From an uncultured Burkholderiaceae bacterium (GTDB taxonomy: Bacteria > Pseudomonadota > Gammaproteobacteria > Burkholderiales > Burkholderiaceae_F), in NCBI GenBank assembly GCA_964539745.1, contig CAZIJU010000001.1, positions 47,845-111,844 on the forward strand: DNA of 64,000 nt. Direction: 5' to 3'. Each line of letters starts with the position of its first letter. Position 1 is the first letter of the stretch. The translations under genes were made by a program, and so were the position numbers. The notes under the pieces are model-generated. The model had not been told where the DNA came from and ran no database searches. It was given only the letters and a program-made list of their open reading frames with translations. Shown here piece after piece: positions 1-10,670 of the stretch.

Positions 1-343
1 TGCTCGCGTACTCGGTGATCTCGCCGCTTGCGATCAGCAGCAGCGCCGGCCGATCGGAATGACTGTGCCACGGCACGATGCCGCCGGGCTGGATCTCGAG
101 CTTGCGACCGCGGAACACGCGGCCCTTGACCATGACGCTCGGCTCGCTGGCCACGTCGAGCGTGTTGATCACCATGTCGGTCACGCCCTTGGCGGCGTGG
201 CCGGCGTCCTTTTGGCCCTGACCGTCGCCAACGCGCTTGTCGGCCGGGCACTCGCCGGCCTGTGCGGCCGCGCCGAACGACAGTGCGCCCGCGACGAGGG
301 CGCCGATCGCCGTACGGCGCCAGAGGCTGTGCTTGCTTTGCAT
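1..343 (-). CDS. cupin-domain secreted protein (N-terminal part only; gene runs off the window start)
   Basis: Manual minus-strand translation from ATG 343..341: MQSKHSLWRRTAIGALVAGALSFGAAAQAGECPADKRVG...GGIVPWHSHSDRPALLLIASGEITEYAS. Signal-peptide-like N-terminus, cupin-like PWHSH motif, GGAGA 6 nt upstream of the ATG. Not in the ORF track because it is truncated. Confidence 0.5.
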   Translation of the reverse strand, partial: MQSKHSLWRRTAIGALVAGALSFGAAAQAGECPADKRVGDGQGQKDAGHAAKGVTDMVINTLDVASEPSVMVKGRVFRGRKLEIQPGGIVPWHSHSDRPALLLIASGEITEYAS

Positions 344-674
344 GAGGTTTCTCCTTCGTACGCTGTTTGCGCCGCAGCCGGCCGGCCGCGACATCGGGTC
401 GCAGCGCCAGCCGGAAGGAGGCAAGCCTCGGCCCTGCGCGCGGCTTCGCCGCACGCTCGAAATCGGGGACCGCGGATTTGCTCCTGCGCGCTTTACGCCG
501 ATCGGGCCGGCGCTGCGTTGCTGCGTTGGTCAGGCAAGCGGCATGAATCTTTCATGCCGCATCCGCGCGATGCGTGCGGCGCGAAGGGCGTAAGAACGAT
601 GCTTGTCAGGCGACGCGGCCCCTCACCGCTTGGCGACACGAGGGGCGCGAGAACGGCCCGCGCGTTGCGCGCGG

Positions 675-1775
675 CTACGGGCGCACGTGCAAGTCGTCGC
701 CGCCGAAGACAAGCGCCAGCGGCTCGATCAGCACCTGCTTCGCGCCGGCTTCGACGCGACCGGCGATCCATGCGTCCACGCCGCATTCGCGCGCGACCTG
801 CACGGCCCGCTGCGCATCTGCAGCGGCGACGTACAGCGCAAAGCCCGCGCCCATGTTCAGATGGCCGTAGGCCTCGCGCGCGTCGATTCCCGCTTCGCGT
901 TGGATGAGCCGCAGCACCGGCGGCACCGGCGGCAGCGTGTGGATGCGATAGGTGAACGCACCCGGATGCCGCATCAGCTTGCGCCAGCCGTGGCCGGTCA
1001 CGTTCGCGCAGTAGTGCGGCACGATGCCCGCAGCGGCGAGCGCTTCGGTCACCGGCGCATACAGCACGGTCGGCGCGAGCAGCGCTTCGCCGTACAGCGT
1101 GCCGTCGTCGAGCTTGGTCGCATAGCCTTCCGGCAGGCGTTCGGCCAGCTTGCGCGCGAGCGAGACGCCGTTGGCGTGGATGCCGTTCGAGGCGAGCAGC
1201 ACGATCGCGTCGCCGGCGGCGAGCTTTTCACCGAGCGTCAGGCGCGTCTTCGGCCGCACGAGGCCGACGCACGAGGCCGCAAGGTCGATCCGCCCCGGCG
1301 CGACGACGCCCGCGAGCGCGGGCGTCTCTCCGCCACCCCACGCCACGCCGCACGCGTCGCACGCGGCTTTCCAGCCTTCGACGAGGTCGCGTGCACGCGC
1401 TTCGTCGGCGAACCAGTCGCTGCCGCCGGTGGCCCAGTAGGCGTGCACCGACACGGGGGTCGCGCCGACGGTCACGATGTCGTTGATCGCCATCGCGAGC
1501 GTGTCCTGCGCGATGCGGTCGTAGTACGTTCGACCGGTGATCGCGCGCATCGCGTCCGCCACCAGCGCCTTGGTACCGAGGCATTCGGTGATCGACGCCA
1601 GATAGAACTCGCCGCAGTCGACGACGTACGCCGATTCGCCGCGCGAGGCCGCGACCTCGGCGAGCCCGTGCCGCGCGAGGTTGCCCGCGGTCGCCGCCGC
1701 GGCGCGCTGCGCGAGGACTTTCAGCGGATCGATCTGCGCGTAGTCGACGCCGGATTGTTTGTAGTCGAGGGACAT
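675..1775 (-). CDS. AIR synthase (PurM)-family protein, divergent from canonical PurM
   Basis: 366-aa ORF with PurM-like motifs (CLGTKALVA, GGGETP, SNGIHANGVSLARK, NVTGHGW, NMGAGFALYV). It lacks the canonical GGLGGFG N-terminal region. It sits divergent to perM-hda, where purM normally lies. Confidence 0.6.
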   Translation of the reverse strand: MSLDYKQSGVDYAQIDPLKVLAQRAAAATAGNLARHGLAEVAASRGESAYVVDCGEFYLASITECLGTKALVADAMRAITGRTYYDRIAQDTLAMAINDIVTVGATPVSVHAYWATGGSDWFADEARARDLVEGWKAACDACGVAWGGGETPALAGVVAPGRIDLAASCVGLVRPKTRLTLGEKLAAGDAIVLLASNGIHANGVSLARKLAERLPEGYATKLDDGTLYGEALLAPTVLYAPVTEALAAAGIVPHYCANVTGHGWRKLMRHPGAFTYRIHTLPPVPPVLRLIQREAGIDAREAYGHLNMGAGFALYVAAADAQRAVQVARECGVDAWIAGRVEAGAKQVLIEPLALVFGGDDLHVRP

Positions 1776-1886
1776 GTCGGATTGGGCATTGCGTTCGGAT
1801 CGTGCCCGCTTGCCCGCGGCTCGCGCCTGTCGACGATCGAAGTTCGACGGCTAGACTACGCGCCGTTTGCCCGCGGATTCTATTCG

Positions 1887-2954
1887 ATGAGCTTCTTCAC
1901 CGCCGAGCGAGTGCAGACCGGAATGTGGGTCGTCGTCGGGCTTGCGCTGCTCGCGCTGCTTTACGTGCTCGCGCCGGTGCTGACGCCGTTCGCGGCTGCG
2001 GCGATCCTCGCGTACTTGCTGTCGCCCGGCGTGGACTGGCTCGCCGCGCACAAGGTGCCGCGCTGGGCCGCGGTGCTCGCGATGATCTTTTTTCTGGGTC
2101 TGATCCTGCTCGGCCTGCTGCTGATCCTGATCCCGGTGCTGAAGAAGGAACTCGCGCAATTGCAGGCGCAAATGCCCGCGCTCGTCGGCGCGCTGAACGA
2201 CGCCGTCGCGCCGCGGCTGCAGCAGTGGTTCGGCATCGCGATCCGCTTCGATGCGCAGACATTGAAGGAACTGCTCGCCGAGCGCGTCGGCACGCAGCAG
2301 GATCTGATCGCGCGCATCTTCGCGCACGCGCGCGAGGGCGGCATCGCGCTGCTGGGCCTGATCGGAACGCTGTTCCTGGTGCCGATCGTGCTCTTCTACG
2401 CGCTGCTCGACTGGCACGAGTTCCGCCGCCGCGCCGAAGCGCTGATCCCGCGCCGCTGGCACGCGCAGACGGTCTCGATGCTCGGCGAAATCGACGGCCT
2501 GCTCGCGCAGTTCCTGCGCGGGCAGCTCACCGTGATGCTGGTGCTCGCCGCGTATTACTCGGTCGCGCTGGCGATCGCGGGGTTCCAGACCGCGCTGCCG
2601 GTCGGCATCCTGACGGGGCTGCTGATCTTCATTCCGTACGTCGGCTTCGCGCTCGGACTCGTGCTCGCGCTGCTGGCGGCGCTGCTGCAGTTCGGCAGCC
2701 TGTACGGCGTTGTCGCCGTCGCGGTGATCTACGGCATCGGGCAGGCGATCGAAAGCTTCTTCCTGACGCCGCGGCTCGTCGGCGAGCGTATCGGCCTGCA
2801 TCCGATCGCGGTGATCTTCGCGCTGCTGGCGTTCGGCCAGGTGTTCGGCTTCTTCGGCGTGCTGCTCGCGCTGCCCGCCAGCGCCGCGCTGCTGGTCGCG
2901 CTGCGCCGGCTGAAGGACGCCTACCTCGCGAGCGACTTTTACCGCAAGGCATGA
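1887..2954 (+). CDS. AI-2E family transporter (PerM-like permease)
   Basis: C-terminal 355 aa of ORF 603..2954, starting MSFFTAERVQTGMWVVVGLALLALLY. Multiple TM helices and the typical AI-2E tail (ESFFLTPRLVGERIGLHPIAVIFALLAFG). The upstream part of the ORF is antisense to the purM-family gene. Confidence 0.85.
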   Translation: MSFFTAERVQTGMWVVVGLALLALLYVLAPVLTPFAAAAILAYLLSPGVDWLAAHKVPRWAAVLAMIFFLGLILLGLLLILIPVLKKELAQLQAQMPALVGALNDAVAPRLQQWFGIAIRFDAQTLKELLAERVGTQQDLIARIFAHAREGGIALLGLIGTLFLVPIVLFYALLDWHEFRRRAEALIPRRWHAQTVSMLGEIDGLLAQFLRGQLTVMLVLAAYYSVALAIAGFQTALPVGILTGLLIFIPYVGFALGLVLALLAALLQFGSLYGVVAVAVIYGIGQAIESFFLTPRLVGERIGLHPIAVIFALLAFGQVFGFFGVLLALPASAALLVALRRLKDAYLASDFYRKA

Positions 2955-3598
2955 GCCAACTCGCGCTGGACCTGCTGCAGCCGCGCGAACCCACGCTCGA
3001 CAACTTCGTCGCCGGGCGCAACGCGGAGGCGGTCGACGCGCTGCGCCGGCTCGCGCGCGGGGCGCTCGCCGAACGCATCGTCTATCTGTGGGGCGAGGAC
3101 GGCAGCGGCCGCACGCATCTGCTCGCCGCGCTCGCACGCGCGCCGCGCGCTGCCTGGTGGTCGCCGCACACCGCGCCGGATTCGCCGGGACTGACGCTCG
3201 TCGACGACGTGCAGCGGCTCGACGCGGCCGCGCAGGTGGCGCTGTTCAACCGGCTGAACGCGGTCCGCGCGCGGGTGGACGCCGCTTGCGCCGTCGCCGG
3301 AGCGCTGCCGCCGGCGCAGCTCGCGCTGCGCGAAGATCTGCGTACGCGGCTGGCGTGGGGGCTGGTCTACCAGCTTCACGCGCTGAGCGACGCGGAGAAG
3401 GCGGCCGCGCTCGCTGCGCATGCCGCCACGCGCGGCGTTGCCGTGTCCGACGATCTGATCCCGTACATGCTGACGCACCTGCCGCGCGACCTGCGCACGC
3501 TGGTCGCCGCGCTCGACGCGCTCGACGCCTACGCGCTCGCGCGCCGCCGCGCGCTGACCGTGCCGCTGCTGCGCGAATGGCTGGCGGGCGGCACGTAG
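2951..3598 (+). CDS. hda: DnaA regulatory inactivator Hda
   Basis: MSQLALDLLQPREPTLDNFVAGRNAEAV...LWGEDGSGRTHLL (Walker A-like). ATGA overlap with the preceding permease stop. Conserved hda-pcnB-folK order. Confidence 0.85.
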   Translation: MSQLALDLLQPREPTLDNFVAGRNAEAVDALRRLARGALAERIVYLWGEDGSGRTHLLAALARAPRAAWWSPHTAPDSPGLTLVDDVQRLDAAAQVALFNRLNAVRARVDAACAVAGALPPAQLALREDLRTRLAWGLVYQLHALSDAEKAAALAAHAATRGVAVSDDLIPYMLTHLPRDLRTLVAALDALDAYALARRRALTVPLLREWLAGGT

Positions 3599-3623
3599 AA
3601 TCCGGCACGAACCACGACCATCG

Positions 3624-4994
3624 ATGATCAAACGCTTCGTCCAGCGGGTCTCCACGCTCTTTTCGCGCTCGCTCAAGCGGCCTGCGCGCGTGAAGCGCGA
3701 ACCCAAGCGCATTCCGGTCGCCGAACACGGGATCGACCGCAGCCGCGTCTCGCGCAACGCGGTGCGCGTGTGCGAAACGCTGCAGAAGGCGGGGCACGCG
3801 GCGTACATCGTCGGCGGCGCGGTGCGCGACCTGCTGCTCGGCGTCACGCCGAAGGACTTCGACGTCGCCAGCGACGCCACGCCAGAGCAGGTCAAAGCGC
3901 TGTTCCGGCGCGCGATCGTCATCGGCCGGCGCTTCCGGCTCGTGCACGTGATGTTCGGCAACGAGACGATCGAAGTGTCGACGTTCCGCGCGCTCGACGA
4001 TCCGGAGCGTCAGACCGACGAGCACGGTCGCGTGCTCGCCGACAACCTGTTCGGAACGCAGTGGGAAGACGCCGCACGGCGCGACTTCACGATCAACGCG
4101 CTGTACTACGACCCGATCACCGAAACCGTGCTCGACTACCATGACGGCGTCCGCGACCTGCGGCGCAAGCGGCTGCGCATCATCGGCGATCCGGCCACGC
4201 GCTACCGCGAGGACCCGGTGCGCATGCTGCGCGCGGTGCGCTTCGCCGCGAAGCTCGGTTTCCAGATCGACGAAGCCACGCGCGAGCCGATCCGCCGCAT
4301 GGCGCCGCTGATCGAGAACGTGCCCGCGGCGCGGCTGTTCGACGAGATGCTGAAGCTGCTGACCAGCGGCCATAGTGTGGCCTGCATCATGCGGCTGCGC
4401 GCCGAAGGGCTGCACCACGGCCTGCTGCCGCTGCTCGACGTGATCCTCGAGCAGCCCGCGGGCGAGCGCTTCGTGATGCTCGCGCTGTCGCGCACCGACG
4501 AGCGCGTGCAGGCCGGCAAGCACATCGCGCCGGGCTTCCTGTTCGCCACGCTGCTGTGGCACGAGGTGCTGAAGCGCTGGAAGGAGCGCGAGTCGCGCGG
4601 CGAGCATCGCATCCCCGCGCTCGATGCCGCGATCGACGACGTGCTCGAAGCGCAGACCGAGAAGCTCGCGATCCAGCGCCGCTATACGTCCGACATGCGC
4701 GAGATCTGGATGCTGCAGCCGCGCTTCGAGCGGCGCACCGGGCGCGCCCCGTACAAGCTGCTCGAACACCTTCGACTGCGCGCCGGTTATGATTTTCTGC
4801 TGCTGCGCTGTGCGGCCGAGGAAGCGCCGGCCGAACTCGGCGAGTGGTGGACGAAGTTCCTGCAGGCGAGCGACGCGGAACGCGAACAGCTGGTCGCGGC
4901 CGTGCAGGCGGGCGGCGCAGCGAGCGCCGGGCCGCGGCGTCGGCGCAGGCGCGGGCGCGGTGGCGGCGCGCGGGCGCAGCCGGCCGCATCGTGA
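3624..4994 (+). CDS. pcnB: poly(A) polymerase I
   Basis: 456-aa ORF with nucleotidyltransferase motifs (YIVGGAVRDLLLG, DFDV, RRDFTINALYYD) and an Arg-rich C-terminal tail. Confidence 0.92.
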   Translation: MIKRFVQRVSTLFSRSLKRPARVKREPKRIPVAEHGIDRSRVSRNAVRVCETLQKAGHAAYIVGGAVRDLLLGVTPKDFDVASDATPEQVKALFRRAIVIGRRFRLVHVMFGNETIEVSTFRALDDPERQTDEHGRVLADNLFGTQWEDAARRDFTINALYYDPITETVLDYHDGVRDLRRKRLRIIGDPATRYREDPVRMLRAVRFAAKLGFQIDEATREPIRRMAPLIENVPAARLFDEMLKLLTSGHSVACIMRLRAEGLHHGLLPLLDVILEQPAGERFVMLALSRTDERVQAGKHIAPGFLFATLLWHEVLKRWKERESRGEHRIPALDAAIDDVLEAQTEKLAIQRRYTSDMREIWMLQPRFERRTGRAPYKLLEHLRLRAGYDFLLLRCAAEEAPAELGEWWTKFLQASDAEREQLVAAVQAGGAASAGPRRRRRRGRGGGARAQPAAS

Positions 4995-5005
4995 AGGAAG
5001 GATCG

Positions 5006-5509
5006 TTGAAGCGACGCGCATACATCGGGCTGGGAGCGAACCAGGGCGATCTCGTCGCCACGCTGGACGCGGCCATCGAATCGCTGAAGTCGATCGAGCG
5101 GTCGGAGTTCGTCGCGGTATCGCCCTACTACCGCACTGCGCCGATCGACGCGTCCGGTCCCGACTTCATCAACGCGGTCGCCGCGATCGACACCGAACTG
5201 GAGCCGTACGGGCTGCTGCTGCACCTGCTCGACATCGAGATGATGCTGGGCCGCAAGCGGCGCGGCGCGCCCAAGAACGCGCCGCGCAAGGTCGACCTCG
5301 ACCTTCTGCTGGTCGGCGACCTGATCGTGCGCAGCACGCCGCTGACGCTTCCGCATCCGCGCCTGCACGAACGCGCTTTCGTGCTGCGCCCGCTGCTGGA
5401 CATCGCGCCGGAGGTCGTGCTGCCCGGGCTGGGACCGGCGGCGCGCTTCCTCGACGGGGTCGCCGACCAGCGCGTCGAACCCTTCGAAGCCGCCGCGCCG
5501 CAACCCTGA
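5006..5509 (+). CDS. folK: 2-amino-4-hydroxy-6-hydroxymethyldihydropteridine diphosphokinase
   Basis: KRRAYIGLGANQGDLVATLDAAIESL...SPYYRTAPI...DLDLLL...LPHPRLHERAFVLRPL. TTG 5006 is preceded by AAGGAAGGA; GTG 4991 is an alternative in-frame start. Confidence 0.85.
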   Translation: MKRRAYIGLGANQGDLVATLDAAIESLKSIERSEFVAVSPYYRTAPIDASGPDFINAVAAIDTELEPYGLLLHLLDIEMMLGRKRRGAPKNAPRKVDLDLLLVGDLIVRSTPLTLPHPRLHERAFVLRPLLDIAPEVVLPGLGPAARFLDGVADQRVEPFEAAAPQP

Positions 5510-5522
5510 CCGGCGCCGACCG

Positions 5523-5867
5523 ATGCCGGTACTCGCGCAGACCACGCTGCTGCTCGTCGCGTCGAACGTCTTCATGACCTTCGCGTGGTACGCGCATCTG
5601 CGCAACCTCAACGACAGGCCGTGGTGGGTCGCCGCGCTGGTGAGCTGGGGCATTGCGCTGGCGGAGTATCTGCTGCAGGTGCCGGCCAACCGCATCGGGT
5701 ATACCGCGTACACGGTCGGCCAGCTCAAGATCCTGCAGGAAGTGATCACGCTGTCGGTGTTCATTCCTTTTGCGGTGCTGTACATGAAGGAGCCGCTGCG
5801 GCTCGACTACCTGTGGGCCGCGTTGTGCCTGCTGGGCGCCGTGTACTTCATCTTCCGTTCGACATGA
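5523..5867 (+). CDS. small DMT-superfamily membrane protein (DUF486-like)
   Basis: 114-aa ORF with four predicted TM segments (LLLVASNVFMTFAWYAHL..., YTVGQLKILQEVITLSVFIPFAVLY). Confidence 0.6.
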   Translation: MPVLAQTTLLLVASNVFMTFAWYAHLRNLNDRPWWVAALVSWGIALAEYLLQVPANRIGYTAYTVGQLKILQEVITLSVFIPFAVLYMKEPLRLDYLWAALCLLGAVYFIFRST

Positions 5868-6511
5868 AGACCAGCGCAGGCCGGCTTCGGCACATCGTAA
5901 TCGAGGGCCCGATCGGCGCCGGCAAGACCACGCTCGCGCGCCGGCTCGCCGCGCACGCGGGCGGCGAGCTTCTGCTCGAGCAGCCCGAGGCGAATCCGTT
6001 TCTCGCGCGCTTCTACCGCGACCGTGCGCGCTTTGCGTTGCCGACGCAGCTTTTCTTCCTGTTCCAGCGCGTGCAGCAGCTTCGGGAACTCAGGCAGCTC
6101 GACCTGTTCCATTCGCTGGTGATCGCCGACTTTTTGCTGGAAAAGGACCCGCTGTTCGCGCGGCTGACGCTCGCCGACGACGAGCTCGCGCTGTACGAAC
6201 GGATCCTGGCGCAGCTCGCGCCGCAGGCGGCCGCGCCCGACCTCGTCATCTATTTGCAGGCGCCGCCGGAGACGCTCGCCGAGCGCGTCGGCCGGCGCGG
6301 CCACGCGTTTGAGGCCGGCATCACCGAGAGCTACCTGCGCGCGCTGTCGGAAAGTTACGCGCGCTTCTTCCACCAGTACGACGCCGCACCGGTGCTGGTC
6401 GTCAACACCGAACACCTGAATCCGGTCGAAAGGGACGCGGACTTCGAGCTGCTGCTCGCGCGCATCGAGCGGATGCGCGGGCGGCGCGAGTACTTCAATC
6501 TGGCGGCCTGA
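5864..6511 (+). CDS. deoxynucleoside kinase
   Basis: MKTSAGRLRHIVIEGPIGAGKTTLARRL (P-loop) ...NPFLARFY...LFFLFQR...DRSLxADxxF-like region. ATGA overlap with the upstream gene. Confidence 0.8.
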   Translation: MKTSAGRLRHIVIEGPIGAGKTTLARRLAAHAGGELLLEQPEANPFLARFYRDRARFALPTQLFFLFQRVQQLRELRQLDLFHSLVIADFLLEKDPLFARLTLADDELALYERILAQLAPQAAAPDLVIYLQAPPETLAERVGRRGHAFEAGITESYLRALSESYARFFHQYDAAPVLVVNTEHLNPVERDADFELLLARIERMRGRREYFNLAA

Positions 6512-6546
6512 TATCGTCGGGCCACACACGCGGCGCACACGGTTGA

Positions 6547-8313
<1,767 letters not shown>

Positions 8314-8424
8314 GCGGTTGCGGCGCGCCATGCGCGCCGCCCGCTTCGAACGCGTGCCCCCTTCCGTCCGGTCCGTGTGTGCCGCCCGTCACGACCGGCG
8401 CCGCCGCGGTAACTGCACGGCACG

Positions 8425-10326
8425 ATGAACGCTCCACCGGTCGACGGCGCCCCCGCCGACGCCGACCGCGGCGCGCGCGGGCTGCTGCTCGCCGCGCTCG
8501 GCGTCGTCTACGGTGACATCGGCACGAGCCCGCTCTACGCCTTTCGCGAAAGCCTGACCGGCGAGCACGGCGCCGGCACCGACCCCGCCGGTATCTTCGG
8601 CGTGCTGTCGATGATCTTCTGGGCGGTCACGCTGGTCGTCTCGATCAAGTACGTGCTGCTCGTGCTGCGCGCCGACAACCAGGGCGAAGGCGGGATCCTC
8701 GCGCTGCTCGCGCTCGTGCTGCGGCAGATGCCGGTCGAAGGCCGCTGGCGCGGCACGGCGATCGGGTTCGGGCTGGCCGGCGCGGCGATGTTCTACGGCG
8801 ACAGCGTGATCACGCCGGCGATCTCGGTGCTGTCGGCCGTCGAGGGCCTGGCGGTCGTCACGCCGGCGGCGAAGGACGACGTGCTACCGGCGACGATCGC
8901 GATCCTGGTCGCGCTGTTCCTCGTCCAGCGGCGCGGTACGGCGCAGATCGGCGGATTGTTCGGACCAATCATGCTGCTGTGGTTCGCGGTGCTCGCCGTG
9001 CTCGGCGCGGTGCAGATCGCGCGCCATCCGGACGTGCTGCGCGCGCTGGAGCCGGCGCATGCGATCGCCTTTGCACTGCGCGATCCGGCGCGGGCGCTGG
9101 TCGTGCTCGCCGCGGTCTTTCTGACCGTCACCGGCGGCGAGGCGCTGTACGCGGACATGGGGCACTTCGGCCGCCGGCCGATCCAGCGCGCGTGGTTCGG
9201 CCTGGTGATGCCGAGCCTGCTGCTGAACTACTTCGGGCAGGGTGCGCTTGTGCTGGCCGATGCCGATGCGGCGCGCAACCCGTTTTTCCTGCTCGCGCCG
9301 GGCTGGCTGCAGCTTCCGCTCGTCGTGCTTGCCACGGCGGCGACGGTGATCGCTTCGCAGGCGGTGATTTCGGGCGCGTTTTCGCTGACCGCCCAGGCGA
9401 TCAAACTGGGGTTGGCACCGCGCACGACGATCGAGTTCACCTCAGCCACCGAAGCCGGCCAGATCTACGTGCCGGCCGTGAACTGGCTGCTGCTCGCGGT
9501 CGTGATCGCGCTGGTGCTCGCGTTCGGCAGCTCGTCGAACCTCGCCGCCGCGTACGGCGTCGCGGTCGTCTCGACGATGGTGGTCACCACGCTCGGCGTG
9601 GCCTTCGTGGCCGCGTGGGGCTGGGCCTGGCCGGCGCAGCGCGTGCTGCTGGTGTTCGCCCCGCTCGCGCTGGTCGACCTGCTGTTCCTCGCCGCCAACA
9701 CGGCGAAGATTCCGCACGGCGGCTGGTTTCCGCTCGCGTTTGCCGCCGCGATCTTCACTCTGCTCGCGACCTGGTACCGCGGCCGCGAACTCGTTCGCAG
9801 CGAACTGAAGCGCAGCGGCATCGCGCTGGAACCTTTCCTGAAGAGCCTGGCGACCTATCCGCCTCAACGAATCGAGGGTACCGCGGTGTTCATGACGCCC
9901 GTGCTGGATCTGATTCCGCTCGCGCTGCTGCACAACCTCAAGCACAACCGCGTGATGCACGAGCGGGTGGTCTTCCTGACTGCGGTTGCGGAGAACGAGC
10001 CGCATGTGCCGCCGGACAGTGCCGCCCGCATCCGCGACCTCGGCGACGGCTGCTATCACGTCGCGCTGCACCGCGGTTTCCACGATTCGTACGACATCGT
10101 CGACATCGCGAAACTGCTGTCGCGTCATTACGACTTCGAACTGATCCCGGAGCAGACCTCGTTTTTCCTGTCGCGCGAAACGCTGATCCCCGCCCGGCGC
10201 GGCGGCATGCCGCGCTGGCGCAAGCGTCTGTTCGCGTGGATGAACCGTAACGCGCAGCCGGCGTCGGACTTCTTCCGCCTGCCGCCCGGGCGCGTGATCG
10301 AGATCGGAACGCAGATCGTGATCTGA
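8425..10326 (+). CDS. kup: potassium transporter Kup
   Basis: 633-aa ORF: LGVVYGDIGTSPLYAF..., GEGGILAL, GGEALYADMGHFG. About 12 TM segments plus a cytoplasmic C-terminal domain. Confidence 0.93.
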   Translation: MNAPPVDGAPADADRGARGLLLAALGVVYGDIGTSPLYAFRESLTGEHGAGTDPAGIFGVLSMIFWAVTLVVSIKYVLLVLRADNQGEGGILALLALVLRQMPVEGRWRGTAIGFGLAGAAMFYGDSVITPAISVLSAVEGLAVVTPAAKDDVLPATIAILVALFLVQRRGTAQIGGLFGPIMLLWFAVLAVLGAVQIARHPDVLRALEPAHAIAFALRDPARALVVLAAVFLTVTGGEALYADMGHFGRRPIQRAWFGLVMPSLLLNYFGQGALVLADADAARNPFFLLAPGWLQLPLVVLATAATVIASQAVISGAFSLTAQAIKLGLAPRTTIEFTSATEAGQIYVPAVNWLLLAVVIALVLAFGSSSNLAAAYGVAVVSTMVVTTLGVAFVAAWGWAWPAQRVLLVFAPLALVDLLFLAANTAKIPHGGWFPLAFAAAIFTLLATWYRGRELVRSELKRSGIALEPFLKSLATYPPQRIEGTAVFMTPVLDLIPLALLHNLKHNRVMHERVVFLTAVAENEPHVPPDSAARIRDLGDGCYHVALHRGFHDSYDIVDIAKLLSRHYDFELIPEQTSFFLSRETLIPARRGGMPRWRKRLFAWMNRNAQPASDFFRLPPGRVIEIGTQIVI

Positions 10327-10373
10327 CGCGCGTTTGGCCGGCGCGGCGCTTTCGCGGATAATCCGGCCCCCGG

Positions 10374-10409
10374 GCCGGGATGGCGGAACTGGTAGACGCA
10401 CGGGACTCA
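10374..10409 (+). pseudogene. tRNA-Leu 5'-half fragment (exact 36-nt copy of 10519..10554)
   Basis: GCCGGGATGGCGGAACTGGTAGACGCACGGGACTCA is identical to the acceptor 5' strand, D arm and anticodon stem/loop up to position 35 of the downstream tRNA. No T arm or 3' acceptor strand follows. Confidence 0.65.
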
Positions 10410-10518
10410 CAGTGTCCCGGCACGCCGGGACACTGCGTCGTAGGCTAGCTTGCGGAGCAAGTTAAGCTCGCGACAGCGAGCGGCCGGAGACCAAATCCCG
10501 CTCCGCTCTTTGAACACA

Positions 10519-10605
10519 GCCGGGATGGCGGAACTGGTAGACGCACGGGACTCAAAATCCCGCGGTAGCAATACCGTGCGAGTTCGATTCTCGCTCCCGG
10601 CACCA
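10519..10605 (+). tRNA. tRNA-Leu (anticodon CAA), CCA encoded
   Basis: Acceptor GCCGGGA/TCCCGGC, D arm GGCGGAACTGGTAGACGC, anticodon stem CGGGA/TCCCG with loop CTCAAAA, long variable arm, T arm GCGAGTTCGATTCTCGC, discriminator A plus CCA. Confidence 0.93.
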
Positions 10606-10670
10606 AGCCCTTCGCTGTCGTACCGTGCACATCGTTGCGCCGGTGCAGCCTCTTCATGGCCGGTCAAGCC

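Noticed and set aside
603-2954. Very long ORFs implying large fusion proteins (603..2954, 1802..3598, 6688..8313, 28532..31234, 29299..31446, 25727..27697, 33330..34826)
   Set aside because: Only the C-terminal portions match protein families. The N-terminal extensions overlap neighbouring genes in other frames or strands. Internal ATG/GTG starts with SD sequences or 4-nt stop/start overlaps give normal-length proteins.
10374-10605. Single tRNA-Leu gene interrupted by a 145-nt intron in the anticodon loop (group I intron-like)
   Set aside because: The downstream copy at 10519..10605 is a complete, canonical tRNA on its own. The intervening sequence shows no group I core elements that I can recognise, and it contains the duplicated 5' half itself. 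A partial duplication is the simpler reading.
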